The position numbers and the translations under genes are program-made. From the NCBI GenBank assembly GCA_013390945.1, contig JACAUC010000003.1, positions 5,274 to 69,273 of the forward strand: a stretch of DNA of 64,000 nucleotides, written 5' to 3'. Positions within the stretch are counted from its first letter, which is position 1; the number at the start of each line of letters is the position of its first letter. The notes under the pieces were generated by a model. That model was not told the DNA's origin, did not search any database, and worked only from the letters and a program-made list of their open reading frames with translations. The DNA comes from Candidatus Chloroheliaceae bacterium. GTDB lineage: Bacteria; Chloroflexota; Chloroflexia; Chloroheliales; Chloroheliaceae. Below are positions 1-9,356 of this stretch, piece after piece.

Positions 1-49
1 AAGTACTATAGAAAATAGTTCTAATTGCCTACCGTTGCGGTTAGAACGA

Positions 50-2317
50 CTATTGCTGACCGATTTCCCGTTTGAAGGTACGTAGCATATTGCGTAGTTC
101 GAGATCATTGGGATATTTATCAATGCCCATTTCCAGCAGCAGTAGGGCAAATTTTTGTCGTCCGGTGGCACTATAGGCGTTGGCGAGGGCTTTATAGCCT
201 AATACGGGCATTTGATCAAATTCTTCTAGGCCACCAAAATCGAATAGAGGGTCATACTCGACCACTTTACGAAACTCGTCGGTACTAGCCTGCAAACGTC
301 CAGCATAAGCATAATCAATAGCCTGACGTGCCCTCGCTCCCAGACTGTCCGCGCCTCCGGTAGGTGTACCAAAAAAGTTACGGTCGTTACCTCGCTCGGT
401 TTTCTCGCTACGTGTAGGTGGTTGGGAGAGTGGTGGTCGTTGGGAGAGTGGCTGGGCAGGACGTAGCCGATCTATCGGCGAATTTAAGTCGGGTTTTTGT
501 TTAGGTTCGGCGGCAGTACGATTGGCATGGTTAGACATTCTCGAATTGGGAAGAGGATTTTCTCTTTCCCGCTCCGGTTGGGTGGGCACCCGATTGGTTA
601 GTGGTGCTATGTTAGGAGCAGGTGGTAAAGGTTGGGGTGATTTTACCTCCGGGCGCACCTCTGGTTGCTCGGAAATTGCTTGGTTATCTTCTAACGCAAA
701 GGGTTGTAATTCATCAAAAAAGCCATCTAGTGGGTTGTTATCCGCTACCTGCTCTGGTGGCGTAGGACGGGGCCGGGAGGGGTTTTGGGCCGTGCCGGAT
801 TTTGAGGTGGTGCTAGGTCGCGTGTTCTCAATGGTGCGAGGATTTGGATTTACCCGCTCGCGATAACCTGTCGGGCTAGATGACCTTGAAGTTGGCAGGT
901 TGCGCGATACTGGAGGAGTCGCCGCTTCATCCGGGTGGTTACCCGGTTTGAGAGCGACGAAGAGACGCTTGAGTCCATGTTGGGTGAATCTTACGGCGAT
1001 CATAACCATATCTTCGAGCCACAGTGCGGTATTACGTCCGGTTTCACCTCCTAAGTAGCCTGCTCTTCCCAGACCAAAAAGTATACTGACTAAGATTAGA
1101 AATATAAGGAGTACCACAAAGAAATTTGGCCCACTATTTTGTTTGGCACTGTTGGTAGCAGGCGGAGTAATGCTGTTCTCTCCGCTAATATTAGTAGCAG
1201 TTGGCGCAGGTGCAATCGTAGAGCTATAGGCAGTGCTGATCTGGGCAGCGATAGCTGATTTTGGCTCGTTAAGGTCGAGTCTGGTGCTTTGGAAATTGCC
1301 AAACACTTCGGCGTTAGCACCTTGGGCTGACATCAGTAAATTGCCTTTAGGATAGCCAATATATTGAGCGGTGCTATTAATCGGGCCACCACCAGAGGAC
1401 GGATTTTTGACTGCTTCGGGCAGCTCAAAGGTAAAGTTGAGCATCGTGGCAGCATCATTGGTAAAACCGGCTTGATCGGTGTTCATTACCACTGCAAGGG
1501 CGGTCTGACCGTTGCGAGTAGCACTGGCGACGAGGCATAAACCGGCTCCATCAGTAAAGCCAGGCTTGATACCGTTGGCTCCACTATAGCGTTTTAGGAA
1601 GGTGTTGATATTAACCAGCCCATGACCTGCTACAGTAGCTTGTTGCTGACTGACTATTTTGGCAAGGGTGGGATTATGCAGGGCGTACCAGCCTGTTATT
1701 GCCAGATCAAAGGGACTGGAATAGTGATCCGTCTGGTCAAGACCGTGTGGGTTGGCATAATGGGTATTGCGTAAGCCCAGCGCGGTAGCCTGACTATTCA
1801 TATGGGCGACAAAGCGGTCTACCGGATTACCCTCTCCCGGCAATTTTGATCCGGCGTAGCGGGCGATGGCTTCGGCAGCATCATTACCACTATTAAGCAA
1901 CATTCCATAGAGCAAATCGGAGAAGGTGACCACTTCCCCTGCTCGCAGACCCATACTAGCCTCTCCGATCAAATCCTCTTTGACAACGGTGTAGGTTTCG
2001 TTTAGGTCAGTGCCGAGAGTGTCGAGCGCGGTAAGGGCAGTCATAATTTTGGTAGTGCTTGCCATTGGAGCGCGACGATGGATATTTTTGGCATAGGTAA
2101 TAAGACCAGTGGAGGCATCTACCGCAATAGCCGCCTGTCCGGTGACGTTTGGAGTGGCTGATTGGGCCTGCACGGGTATGACCCAGCAGAATGGGATCAG
2201 CAGCATCATAACCAGTGCTAATAGTAGAGCCGTTAGACCCTGCCATCCAGAGCTTAGTTGAATGGGTGATTTTGCTCTTTTTCGCAGCTTGACCGCGCCT
2301 CTTGCTTTATCTTCCAA
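50..2317 (-). CDS. D-alanyl-D-alanine carboxypeptidase (S11 / PBP5-like) fused to a second TM helix, a ~330-aa Pro/Ser-rich tail and a C-terminal TPR-like module
   Basis: 755-aa ORF with an N-terminal signal anchor. Penicillin-binding motifs occur in order: SxxK (ASTTK), SxN (NSGND), K(T/P)G (KPGFTDG). A second TM follows (FFVVLLIFLILVSILFGLG), then a long P/S/R/N-rich low-complexity region. The last ~100 aa are helical-repeat-like (YKALANAYSATGRQKFALLLLEMGIDKYPNDLELRNML). Confidence 0.75.
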   Translation of the reverse strand: MEDKARGAVKLRKRAKSPIQLSSGWQGLTALLLALVMMLLIPFCWVIPVQAQSATPNVTGQAAIAVDASTGLITYAKNIHRRAPMASTTKIMTALTALDTLGTDLNETYTVVKEDLIGEASMGLRAGEVVTFSDLLYGMLLNSGNDAAEAIARYAGSKLPGEGNPVDRFVAHMNSQATALGLRNTHYANPHGLDQTDHYSSPFDLAITGWYALHNPTLAKIVSQQQATVAGHGLVNINTFLKRYSGANGIKPGFTDGAGLCLVASATRNGQTALAVVMNTDQAGFTNDAATMLNFTFELPEAVKNPSSGGGPINSTAQYIGYPKGNLLMSAQGANAEVFGNFQSTRLDLNEPKSAIAAQISTAYSSTIAPAPTATNISGENSITPPATNSAKQNSGPNFFVVLLIFLILVSILFGLGRAGYLGGETGRNTALWLEDMVMIAVRFTQHGLKRLFVALKPGNHPDEAATPPVSRNLPTSRSSSPTGYRERVNPNPRTIENTRPSTTSKSGTAQNPSRPRPTPPEQVADNNPLDGFFDELQPFALEDNQAISEQPEVRPEVKSPQPLPPAPNIAPLTNRVPTQPERERENPLPNSRMSNHANRTAAEPKQKPDLNSPIDRLRPAQPLSQRPPLSQPPTRSEKTERGNDRNFFGTPTGGADSLGARARQAIDYAYAGRLQASTDEFRKVVEYDPLFDFGGLEEFDQMPVLGYKALANAYSATGRQKFALLLLEMGIDKYPNDLELRNMLRTFKREIGQQ

Positions 2318-2527
2318 TATTGTAGCTTTCTATAGTTTTACCAAGATTGACCGCCTTATGGCATTTCATTCTATCACACGGCTATTTTTATGTAAAGAGG
2401 TTTAGATGCTAGTATTGTATAAATTTGGTCGAATTGACCGAACCGAAATTTAGCGTTAAAGTAAGCAGGAGCGTTTAAGGGTAGGGAGCGGCTTTTGAGT
2501 TAATTGAAGAGGCTGGAATAAAGGTTT

Positions 2528-3424
2528 ATGGCTAAATTTTTAGTGACCGGAGCAAGTGGCACCTTGGGACGGATGGTGTTGCAACGATTGGTAGAACGGC
2601 GCGAAGAGGTACGGGGACTAGTGCGACCGGGCAAATTGGATCTCTTGGCTCAGGAGGTGCGGCGCGAGGTAGAATTGGTGGCGGGAGATTATGACGATGA
2701 GGCTTCTTTACAAGCGGCCCTAGAAGGGGTGGATTATGTGATAACGGCGGTACGGGCCAGCCTTTATGATTCGCCCAAGCAGCATTATGCCTTAGAAGCG
2801 GATGGTAATCGTCGCCTCTTCCGTTTGGCGGCGGCAGCGGGGGTAAGCCACCTAACCTTTATTTCGCTGCTTCACGCTGAGAAATTTCCTGAAATTCATA
2901 TTTTCAATGCCAAACATCAGGCCGAGAATATTTTGAGGGAGAGCGATTTGGATTATACGATCCTCCGTCCGGGGGCATTGATGAGTCGGGCAATGTTGCT
3001 GCGAACGCTCACTGGCTTGAGCAAAGGTTGGTTTACCCCGGTGGAGGGCGAGAATATGCCCCATTCGCCCTTGATGTACGACGATTTGGCCGAGTTCTGT
3101 GTGCGAGCCTACGCTCTACCTGAAGCTTGCAAGCGTACCTTTAATTTAGGTGGCCCAAAAGTGTATCATGGCAGCGATTGGGTGCGGGATTTGGCGGCTA
3201 ACTATGGCTTGCCCTTTAAGCTCCGTCCGCGTGGCAGTAGCTTTTTGGCTAATACCATGATGCGATTGGTTCAGCCTCAGAGCCGTTATGCGACCGCTTA
3301 CATCCACCTCAAGACCACTCAAGACTTTAGTGTTAGCCCGGAGGAGATGGCCCACACTGCTGCCCTCTTTGGAGTTAAGCTGCGTCCAATGGAAGAGTTT
3401 TATCCGCCTATTCCATCGAGTTAA
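2528..3424 (+). CDS. NAD(P)-binding atypical short-chain dehydrogenase / NmrA-like protein
   Basis: 298-aa ORF with an N-terminal Rossmann glycine motif (VTGASGTLGRMV) and the overall length and layout of atypical SDRs. The substrate cannot be inferred. Confidence 0.6.
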   Translation: MAKFLVTGASGTLGRMVLQRLVERREEVRGLVRPGKLDLLAQEVRREVELVAGDYDDEASLQAALEGVDYVITAVRASLYDSPKQHYALEADGNRRLFRLAAAAGVSHLTFISLLHAEKFPEIHIFNAKHQAENILRESDLDYTILRPGALMSRAMLLRTLTGLSKGWFTPVEGENMPHSPLMYDDLAEFCVRAYALPEACKRTFNLGGPKVYHGSDWVRDLAANYGLPFKLRPRGSSFLANTMMRLVQPQSRYATAYIHLKTTQDFSVSPEEMAHTAALFGVKLRPMEEFYPPIPSS

Positions 3425-3875
3425 ATTCTATTCATATTAAGCTAGAAATTTTTTGCTTTAATAGCGTTCTTAAATCTTCCCACTTACTAGGTTCAAGATG
3501 CCCTACTAGATGAAACCTGCTTCACCCGGTTTTACCTCTGTTACTTTCATGCCGGGTGGTATCGGAGTCTTTTAGCCCGGTAGACGATTATATTTAGCAA
3601 ATCCAATTTAATATTAATTGATAAAGAATAAAATCTATTCTAGTAAAATTTTGGTAAAAATAATCAAAACTAGTATTATGATACTGGTGGTACAACTATA
3701 TTTGGTGGAGTTTCGTGGTCTTAATAAAAGGCCGCCTCTCGGTTATTCTCACCAGAGACAAGGTTAAGATTCTGCTAAGTGGTTCTGGAGAGTGGTATAA
3801 TGCGCTAAGTTTAACGAGAATATTAGGTTTTGGTTCTAGGTAAGCTGCCAAAGGAGGGGCAATTCAAGAGGAATT

Positions 3876-4238
3876 ATGGCAGATGCAGATATGAATGCGG
3901 TTAGGCTAACCGCCAAACGGTTTAAAGATCAGCCTCTAACTACGCTGGGCCGTTCCCGGTTGCGCGAACGGATTGTTGAGATTACCGACATAGGTTTGAT
4001 GGTGGAGAGCGAAGATAAATCCGGCCACTGGAAGCCTGCTACCCTCGTGGAATGGTTATGGATTAAAGAGGTGCTGGATTATTATGCCCAGCGCGAGCGC
4101 GAACTTACCAAGGAGAGTCTGAAGGTGCGAGGTCTCAAGGCCCAGCGCAAGGCTCCTTTTATCTTTGCCTTATTGGTAGCCAGTGGCAAATTTATCGAAA
4201 CGGATGACCACCTTACTACCCTCGTCTATCGGGGGTAG
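3876..4238 (+). CDS. hypothetical protein
   Basis: 120-aa ORF preceded by a purine-rich RBS (aaaggagggg ... agagga). A TGgTATAAT extended -10 lies at 3793-3801. No motif recognised. Confidence 0.45.
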   Translation: MADADMNAVRLTAKRFKDQPLTTLGRSRLRERIVEITDIGLMVESEDKSGHWKPATLVEWLWIKEVLDYYAQRERELTKESLKVRGLKAQRKAPFIFALLVASGKFIETDDHLTTLVYRG

Positions 4239-4279
4239 TAGGTAATTAATCTATCGCCAGTCGCAGGAGGTATCTACCG

Positions 4280-6250
4280 ATGTCAACCCGCAAATTATTC
4301 TGGGTGAGGTGGCTTTCGTCCCTGACGATTGCTGGTCTCCTGATAGTAATAGTCTTTAATCTGGCGGATTGGAAAGTCGCTCCCTCCCTTTCCGGCTCAA
4401 AATCTTTGGTTCAATCTAACTCGGTGGAGCTTGGCCCTTGGAATAAATTCGCCTCCCCTAGTGGGTTAGACCGCATAGGCTTAAAGCCGTCGGTTCAATC
4501 TAACCCAGTGGAGCTTGGCTCTTTGAATAAACTCGCCTCTTCTGCCACGTTGGGCCGCTTGCGGACTAATGGGGTGGATCTAACCAAGCCCCTCCCCTCT
4601 TTTAATAGTTGCGGGGCGGGTAGCGCAGTGGGCGATACTTATTTCACCCTTGCCGCCGTTGGCGATTTACTTTTACACTATAATATTATTAATACGGCTG
4701 ACCGCCAAGGTTACGATTATCTCTTTGATAAAGTGCGGCCCTTCTTGCAGGCCGCCAACCTGACTTATGCCAATTTCGAGGGGAGCAGCAATCCTAACGC
4801 GCCCTATTCTGGGGTCTTTCCCCTCTTCAACTATGACCCTAAATTGGCTAAGGCGGCGGCTAAGGCCGGAATTGATCTAGTCTCGACCGCTAATAACCAC
4901 GCGCTGGACACTGGCCCTAGTGGGCTAGATGCCACCCTTGGATCGCTCGCTACCGCAGGTTTGGCTCAGCATGGCACGACCGCCCGTAACGCCAAAAGGC
5001 AAGTCTACCAGCCTTTTGAGCTAAAGCAGAACAATATTATCCTCAAAGGAAGTTTTTTAGCCTACACTTGGGGTACTAATGGTTTGGCTGATCCTTACAA
5101 GCAGGTAAATGAATTGTGGGATGCCAACGGTAGGCTGCGGCAAAGTGTGAAAGATGATCTGGCCCGGGCGCGTCAGGAGACCGAACTGGTAGTAGTGGCG
5201 GCTCATTGGGGTAACGAGTACCAGTTTCTACCGACTAGCCAGCAAATTCAGGGTGCGAAAGAATTGACCGCCGCTGGAGCCGATCTAATCTTGGGAGACC
5301 ATCCTCACACGCTGCAACCTGTAGACTTGATTGAGAGTGAAGGCCGTCAAGCGATGCTTATTTATAGTTTGGGCAATTTTATTGCGGCTCAGGATGCTTA
5401 TCAAGCCCAAAGCTTTACTCAGACTAGCCTGATCCTCTACTTGGGCGTTACCAAACAGGCTGATGGTAAAGTGGCACTCAATGGCTATCGCTACTTGCCC
5501 GTTTTTATTGAAAACAATACCCGGCCTGTACCACTCTTGCTCGGAAGCCACCCTGAAGCCTATCGCCATATTTTACAGCAGATGCGTGATCCACAAGGAA
5601 CAAGAGCAGTCAATCCACTAAACCCTCCCTCAAGTATCGTTTCGATTTGCCCTGAATATACTTTTGCCGAAGCATCGGGCCTTTCTATCCCCGGCGACTT
5701 TGCCCAATATTTTGCTACCTTGGGAACTGGAGATAAATCCTACCAGCTTTCACAATCGTTGGCTCTTATCGGCTTTCCTACCTCAAAGGTGGTGGAAGAG
5801 CTAAGCGGCGATTGCAGCCATCTCACCCGCGTTTTGTATACCGAGCGAGCAAGGCTGGAACTTCAACCCGAAGCCAACTGGCCCTTCCGGGTGGTAGGAA
5901 CTCAGCTTGGCACTAACGTCTATTTTACGAAATACAAACCGCCCTACGCTTCACCTGAGCTAATCCCGCGCAGGCTGAATTTAGCTATCGCCAATCCTCG
6001 GTTCAAAGCCTTCTTTCAAGCCTTCGGAGGCTTGAACCACTTCGGCTATCCGATTAGCGATGAATTGACCGAAATTGATCGGGAGACAGGTAAAACCAAA
6101 ATAGTCCAATATTTTGAACGCAGTCGCTTTGAATATGTTAAAGATGAGCCAGAAAATCCTGACCCGCTCTATCGGGTTCAATTGGGCCTGCTTACCAAAG
6201 AGGCCGATCCGATTAGTAAGCAATGTTTTAACGCAATGGTCAAGAATTAG
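4280..6250 (+). CDS. CapA/PgsA-family metallophosphatase-fold protein with C-terminal LGFP-like repeat modules
   Basis: 656-aa ORF with an N-terminal TM. CapA-type motifs: AVGDLLLH, STANNHALD, AHWGNEY, GDHPHTLQPV, YSLGNF. The C-terminus has two modules of the form G(F/Y)P(I/T)S..E....G....VQYFER.R.EY. The same module occurs in the deacetylase at 46730-48271. Confidence 0.7.
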   Translation: MSTRKLFWVRWLSSLTIAGLLIVIVFNLADWKVAPSLSGSKSLVQSNSVELGPWNKFASPSGLDRIGLKPSVQSNPVELGSLNKLASSATLGRLRTNGVDLTKPLPSFNSCGAGSAVGDTYFTLAAVGDLLLHYNIINTADRQGYDYLFDKVRPFLQAANLTYANFEGSSNPNAPYSGVFPLFNYDPKLAKAAAKAGIDLVSTANNHALDTGPSGLDATLGSLATAGLAQHGTTARNAKRQVYQPFELKQNNIILKGSFLAYTWGTNGLADPYKQVNELWDANGRLRQSVKDDLARARQETELVVVAAHWGNEYQFLPTSQQIQGAKELTAAGADLILGDHPHTLQPVDLIESEGRQAMLIYSLGNFIAAQDAYQAQSFTQTSLILYLGVTKQADGKVALNGYRYLPVFIENNTRPVPLLLGSHPEAYRHILQQMRDPQGTRAVNPLNPPSSIVSICPEYTFAEASGLSIPGDFAQYFATLGTGDKSYQLSQSLALIGFPTSKVVEELSGDCSHLTRVLYTERARLELQPEANWPFRVVGTQLGTNVYFTKYKPPYASPELIPRRLNLAIANPRFKAFFQAFGGLNHFGYPISDELTEIDRETGKTKIVQYFERSRFEYVKDEPENPDPLYRVQLGLLTKEADPISKQCFNAMVKN

Positions 6251-6390
6251 GATTTCAGAAGGGATTAATTCTGTTCAGGACTTCCTGCCTGTGTTATACT
6301 TACTAGGTAAGGCTTTAAGGGGGTATTGTTTGTCTCATCTTCTATAATCTTACGAGCTATGGAAGCTTTAGGGTAAGGGGGAAGAAACCT

Positions 6391-6987
6391 ATGCAACTTG
6401 ATATTCGTGGTAAAAACGTAAAAGTTTCAGAAGAACGTCGTCAACTGATTGAAAAAAAATTAGGCAAGCTGGATCGCTACCTAGATAGCCTTGGCGAGGC
6501 TACCGTCGAATTGGCGGCGGAACATGCCCGTAAGGGGGGGGAAGGTCGGTTAGTAGTTGAAATGACTGTCCGTACTCCCGCTCATGGTTCTCTACTTAGG
6601 GCAGAGGAACGTGATAATGATTTAGGTGTAGCTTTAGATCGGCTTTCCGAGAAGATGCAGCGCCAAATTACCCGTTTTAAAGATCGGATGGTACATCATA
6701 AAGGTCGTCCTCGTGTAAGTGAAGTGGCAGCTCAACTTCAAGAGGCGGCTGAAGCCAAGGAGGTGGAAATTGCTCCTGATGTAGACACAGATGCAGAAGA
6801 GGTACTTCATCTAGTCAAAATCAAGAATTTCCAAGTCACGGCGATGTATGTGGATGAGGCGGTCGAACAGATGGAATTGCTAGGTCATAATTTTTTCATT
6901 TTCCAAGATACTGAAACTGAAAAAATCAGTGTGGCTTACCTTCGTAACGATGGGGGTTATGGCCTTCTCCGGCCAGAGCTTGGCTAG
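6391..6987 (+). CDS. hpf: ribosome hibernation promoting factor, long form
   Basis: 198 aa. The N-terminal RaiA/HPF domain is MQLDIRGKNVKVSEERRQLIEKKLGKLDRYL. The C-terminal dimerisation domain is VKIKNFQVTAMYVDEAVEQMELLGHNFFIFQDTETEKISVAYLRNDGGYGLL. A strong RBS (gggggaag) lies upstream. Confidence 0.9.
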   Translation: MQLDIRGKNVKVSEERRQLIEKKLGKLDRYLDSLGEATVELAAEHARKGGEGRLVVEMTVRTPAHGSLLRAEERDNDLGVALDRLSEKMQRQITRFKDRMVHHKGRPRVSEVAAQLQEAAEAKEVEIAPDVDTDAEEVLHLVKIKNFQVTAMYVDEAVEQMELLGHNFFIFQDTETEKISVAYLRNDGGYGLLRPELG

Positions 6988-7011
6988 ACCTCTGCTTCAG
7001 TCTTGAAATAA

Positions 7012-7050
7012 AAAAGGTGGGGTACCGTTCTGGTAGCCCACCTTTTTTTT
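7012..7050 (+). terminator. rho-independent terminator after hpf
   Basis: GGTGGGGTACC gttct GGTAGCCCACC stem with one mismatch, followed by T8 (7043-7050). Confidence 0.7.
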
Positions 7051-7201
7051 GGTAATTTGTTGCTTACTTCTAATTTAATAGTTTCTTACCTTTTTAGGCA
7101 CTTATTTAGACCTAGATTATGGTAAAATAGAACTGTTATTAAGGGTTTGCCTAAGATATTAGCTTAAAAGTACTCTTTTAAATAAAGACAAAGGATAATT
7201 T

Positions 7202-7609
7202 GTGCCAAACAGTAGCTCTAAGCGTCAACGGAAAAGGCCATTAGGTCAGCGGACCCTACCCCAACGTCCCGATTTACCACCAGTCTCTAATAATAAAGAG
7301 AAAGCAGAAGACCACTCTTTGCCTGGTCTTTTGGGTTGGCTGATTCGCAATCGGCGCCTGTTGGGTTGGATCGAACTAATTGTTGCCATTTTTTTACTTT
7401 GGTTAGCCATTGTGGGATTTTTAGGTGGAACCCTCTTTTTGCCTTTTGCCTTTGGCCTGATAGGGTTGTATTTCTTTTACGCCTATATCCAGCATAACCT
7501 AGGGGTTAACCTTGGCAAAACAGGTACTATCCTGAACTTGGTTTTACTACTTGGGGCGTTGGTCTGTGCCATTTTGAGCGTAGTGAATAAAGAAAATATC
7601 AGCAGTTAA
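7202..7609 (+). CDS. small integral membrane protein, function unknown
   Basis: 135-aa ORF with a GTG start. It has a basic N-terminus and three hydrophobic helices. A TGgTAAAAT extended -10 lies at 7120-7128. Confidence 0.45.
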   Translation: MPNSSSKRQRKRPLGQRTLPQRPDLPPVSNNKEKAEDHSLPGLLGWLIRNRRLLGWIELIVAIFLLWLAIVGFLGGTLFLPFAFGLIGLYFFYAYIQHNLGVNLGKTGTILNLVLLLGALVCAILSVVNKENISS

Positions 7610-7759
7610 ATTAAAAACTCATATTTAGAAAAAGCCGTTATTAGTGAAAGGAAGATTCCAGATTATGGAGACCGCTTGTAAGGTGACCACGCTGGGGTAC
7701 CACTTGGCAGGGTGCGTCGCGTGGACCATAAATAAATTGAAAGGTGAAGGTATCGCCCA

Positions 7760-9040
7760 GTGAGCAAACCAATTTATAGGGTGGCGATGCTGAGCGTTCA
7801 TACCTGTCCACTAGCCGTATTAGGTGGCAAAGAAGCAGGTGGTATGAATGTTTATGTACGCGAATTAAGCCGGGAATTGGGGCGAAGGGGTATTCAGGTA
7901 GATGTCTTCACTCGCGCTCAAAGCTCCATTACACCTTTTACCCATACCCTTAGCGAAAACGCTCGCATTATCCATTTACCTGCCGGGCCACTCAAACCCT
8001 ACAATAAAAAAGATGTTTTTTATCACCTACCCGAATTTGTGCAAAATATTACCAATTTCCAGCATTGCGAAAAGAGACCTTACAACCTGATCCACGCGCA
8101 TTATTGGTTAAGTGGTTGGGCTGGACTCTCCCTCCGCAAAAAGTGGGGTACGCCAGTCGTGCAGATGTTTCATACCATGGCCCACTTCAAAAATGCCACT
8201 CTCCACAGCGAAGCGGAGCGCGAACCAGATTTAAGAATCGAGCGCGAAAGTGAGCTTATGCAGCGAGTGGATCGGATCATTACGGCTACTCCAATGGAGA
8301 AGGCTCAGCTTAATTGGAAATGTAATGTACCCACCGACAAAATCGAAACCATCCCTTGTGGCGTAGATTTGAAATTATTCCGGCCTTGGCCCCAAGCAGA
8401 AGCGAGAGCCAGATTAGGTCTAACGGCCCGGCGGGTGGTTCTGCTGGTAGGTCGGATAGACCCGATTAAAGGGGTGGATGTGCTGATTGAGGCCGCTCGT
8501 CGTCTGATTGTGGAGCGTGGGTGGGGAGCCGAAGATTTTCAGGTTTTGGTGGTAGGCGGAGGTAATACTCCCGGTCAGGATGAAAACCCGGAGGCCCAAA
8601 GGCTCCATGCGCTGGTGGAGGGTCAGGGTTTGAGCCAGCAGATTCGTTTCCTACCCTCCGCCCCGCAACCGCAGATGCCCCTCTTCTATAGCGCGGCTGA
8701 TATTACGGTTATGTCCAGCCATTATGAAAGTTTTGGCATGGCCGCGCTCGAATCCCAAGCCTGCGGGACTCCGGTAGTGGCGAGTCGGGTAGGTGGCTTG
8801 CCCTATGCGGTTCAAGACGGCTGTAGTGGCTTGCTTTTTGGGGATAACGAGGCCGAGGAGTTGAGTGATAAACTTGGTCTGCTCTTTGATAATCCTGCCT
8901 ACCGCCGAACTTTAGGCTTGCAGGCCGTCATGCGGGCGGAGCAGTTTGGTTGGCGAACCATTGCGGATCGCATGTTGGAGGTTTACCAAGACCTGACTGG
9001 TTCACTTGGTCGCGATGCCCTCGTAGGAACTTTGCCCTAA
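7760..9040 (+). CDS. GT4-family glycosyltransferase, MshA-like (retaining GT-B)
   Basis: 426 aa. The N-terminus (RVAMLSVHTCPLAVLGGKEAGGMNVYVRELSRELGRRGIQVDVFTR) closely resembles the MshA / sucrose-phosphate-synthase-like GT4 signature. The C-terminal E-x7-E region is SHYESFGMAALESQACGTPVV. Confidence 0.7.
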   Translation: MSKPIYRVAMLSVHTCPLAVLGGKEAGGMNVYVRELSRELGRRGIQVDVFTRAQSSITPFTHTLSENARIIHLPAGPLKPYNKKDVFYHLPEFVQNITNFQHCEKRPYNLIHAHYWLSGWAGLSLRKKWGTPVVQMFHTMAHFKNATLHSEAEREPDLRIERESELMQRVDRIITATPMEKAQLNWKCNVPTDKIETIPCGVDLKLFRPWPQAEARARLGLTARRVVLLVGRIDPIKGVDVLIEAARRLIVERGWGAEDFQVLVVGGGNTPGQDENPEAQRLHALVEGQGLSQQIRFLPSAPQPQMPLFYSAADITVMSSHYESFGMAALESQACGTPVVASRVGGLPYAVQDGCSGLLFGDNEAEELSDKLGLLFDNPAYRRTLGLQAVMRAEQFGWRTIADRMLEVYQDLTGSLGRDALVGTLP

Positions 9041-9048
9041 ACGTATTA

Positions 9049-9214
9049 TCTCAATAGGTAGGGGTTTATGCGCGTCAAGCTAATTTTACAATTGATGTAA
9101 ATAGCCGGAAATAAATTTCCGGTCTTACCCGGATTCTAAAGCTAATAGCCCCGATTTTGAACCTGTGTTAGCCGCAGGTTGGGTGTATGCAATACGCCCC
9201 TACGCCGTATTATT
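9049..9214. repeat. MITE-like palindromic intergenic element, copy A (long variant)
   Basis: Left end TCTCAATAGGTAGGGGTT. Core hairpin GGGTGTAT-GCA-ATACGCCC at 9181-9199. Right end CCCCTACGCCGTATTATT. The ends and core are shared with the copies at 35405-35492 and 42857-42957. Confidence 0.5.
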
Positions 9215-9356
9215 CCCTAACCGCTGTTTGAAAAAAAGAAGAAGAGCCAATTCTCTTAATCAAGGAACTAGCTCTTCTTTATTTTCCTAACCTCTTACTT
9301 AAAAGCAGTCTGTTAGGTGATGATAGAGTTCTGCTCTATCATCCCTATTACCTTTT

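Noticed and set aside
522-2246. ORFs 522-866, 1096-1320 and 2007-2246 inside or opposite the carboxypeptidase gene.
   Set aside because: They are fully nested in a much longer ORF that carries ordered PBP motifs. They are out-of-frame or antisense artefacts.
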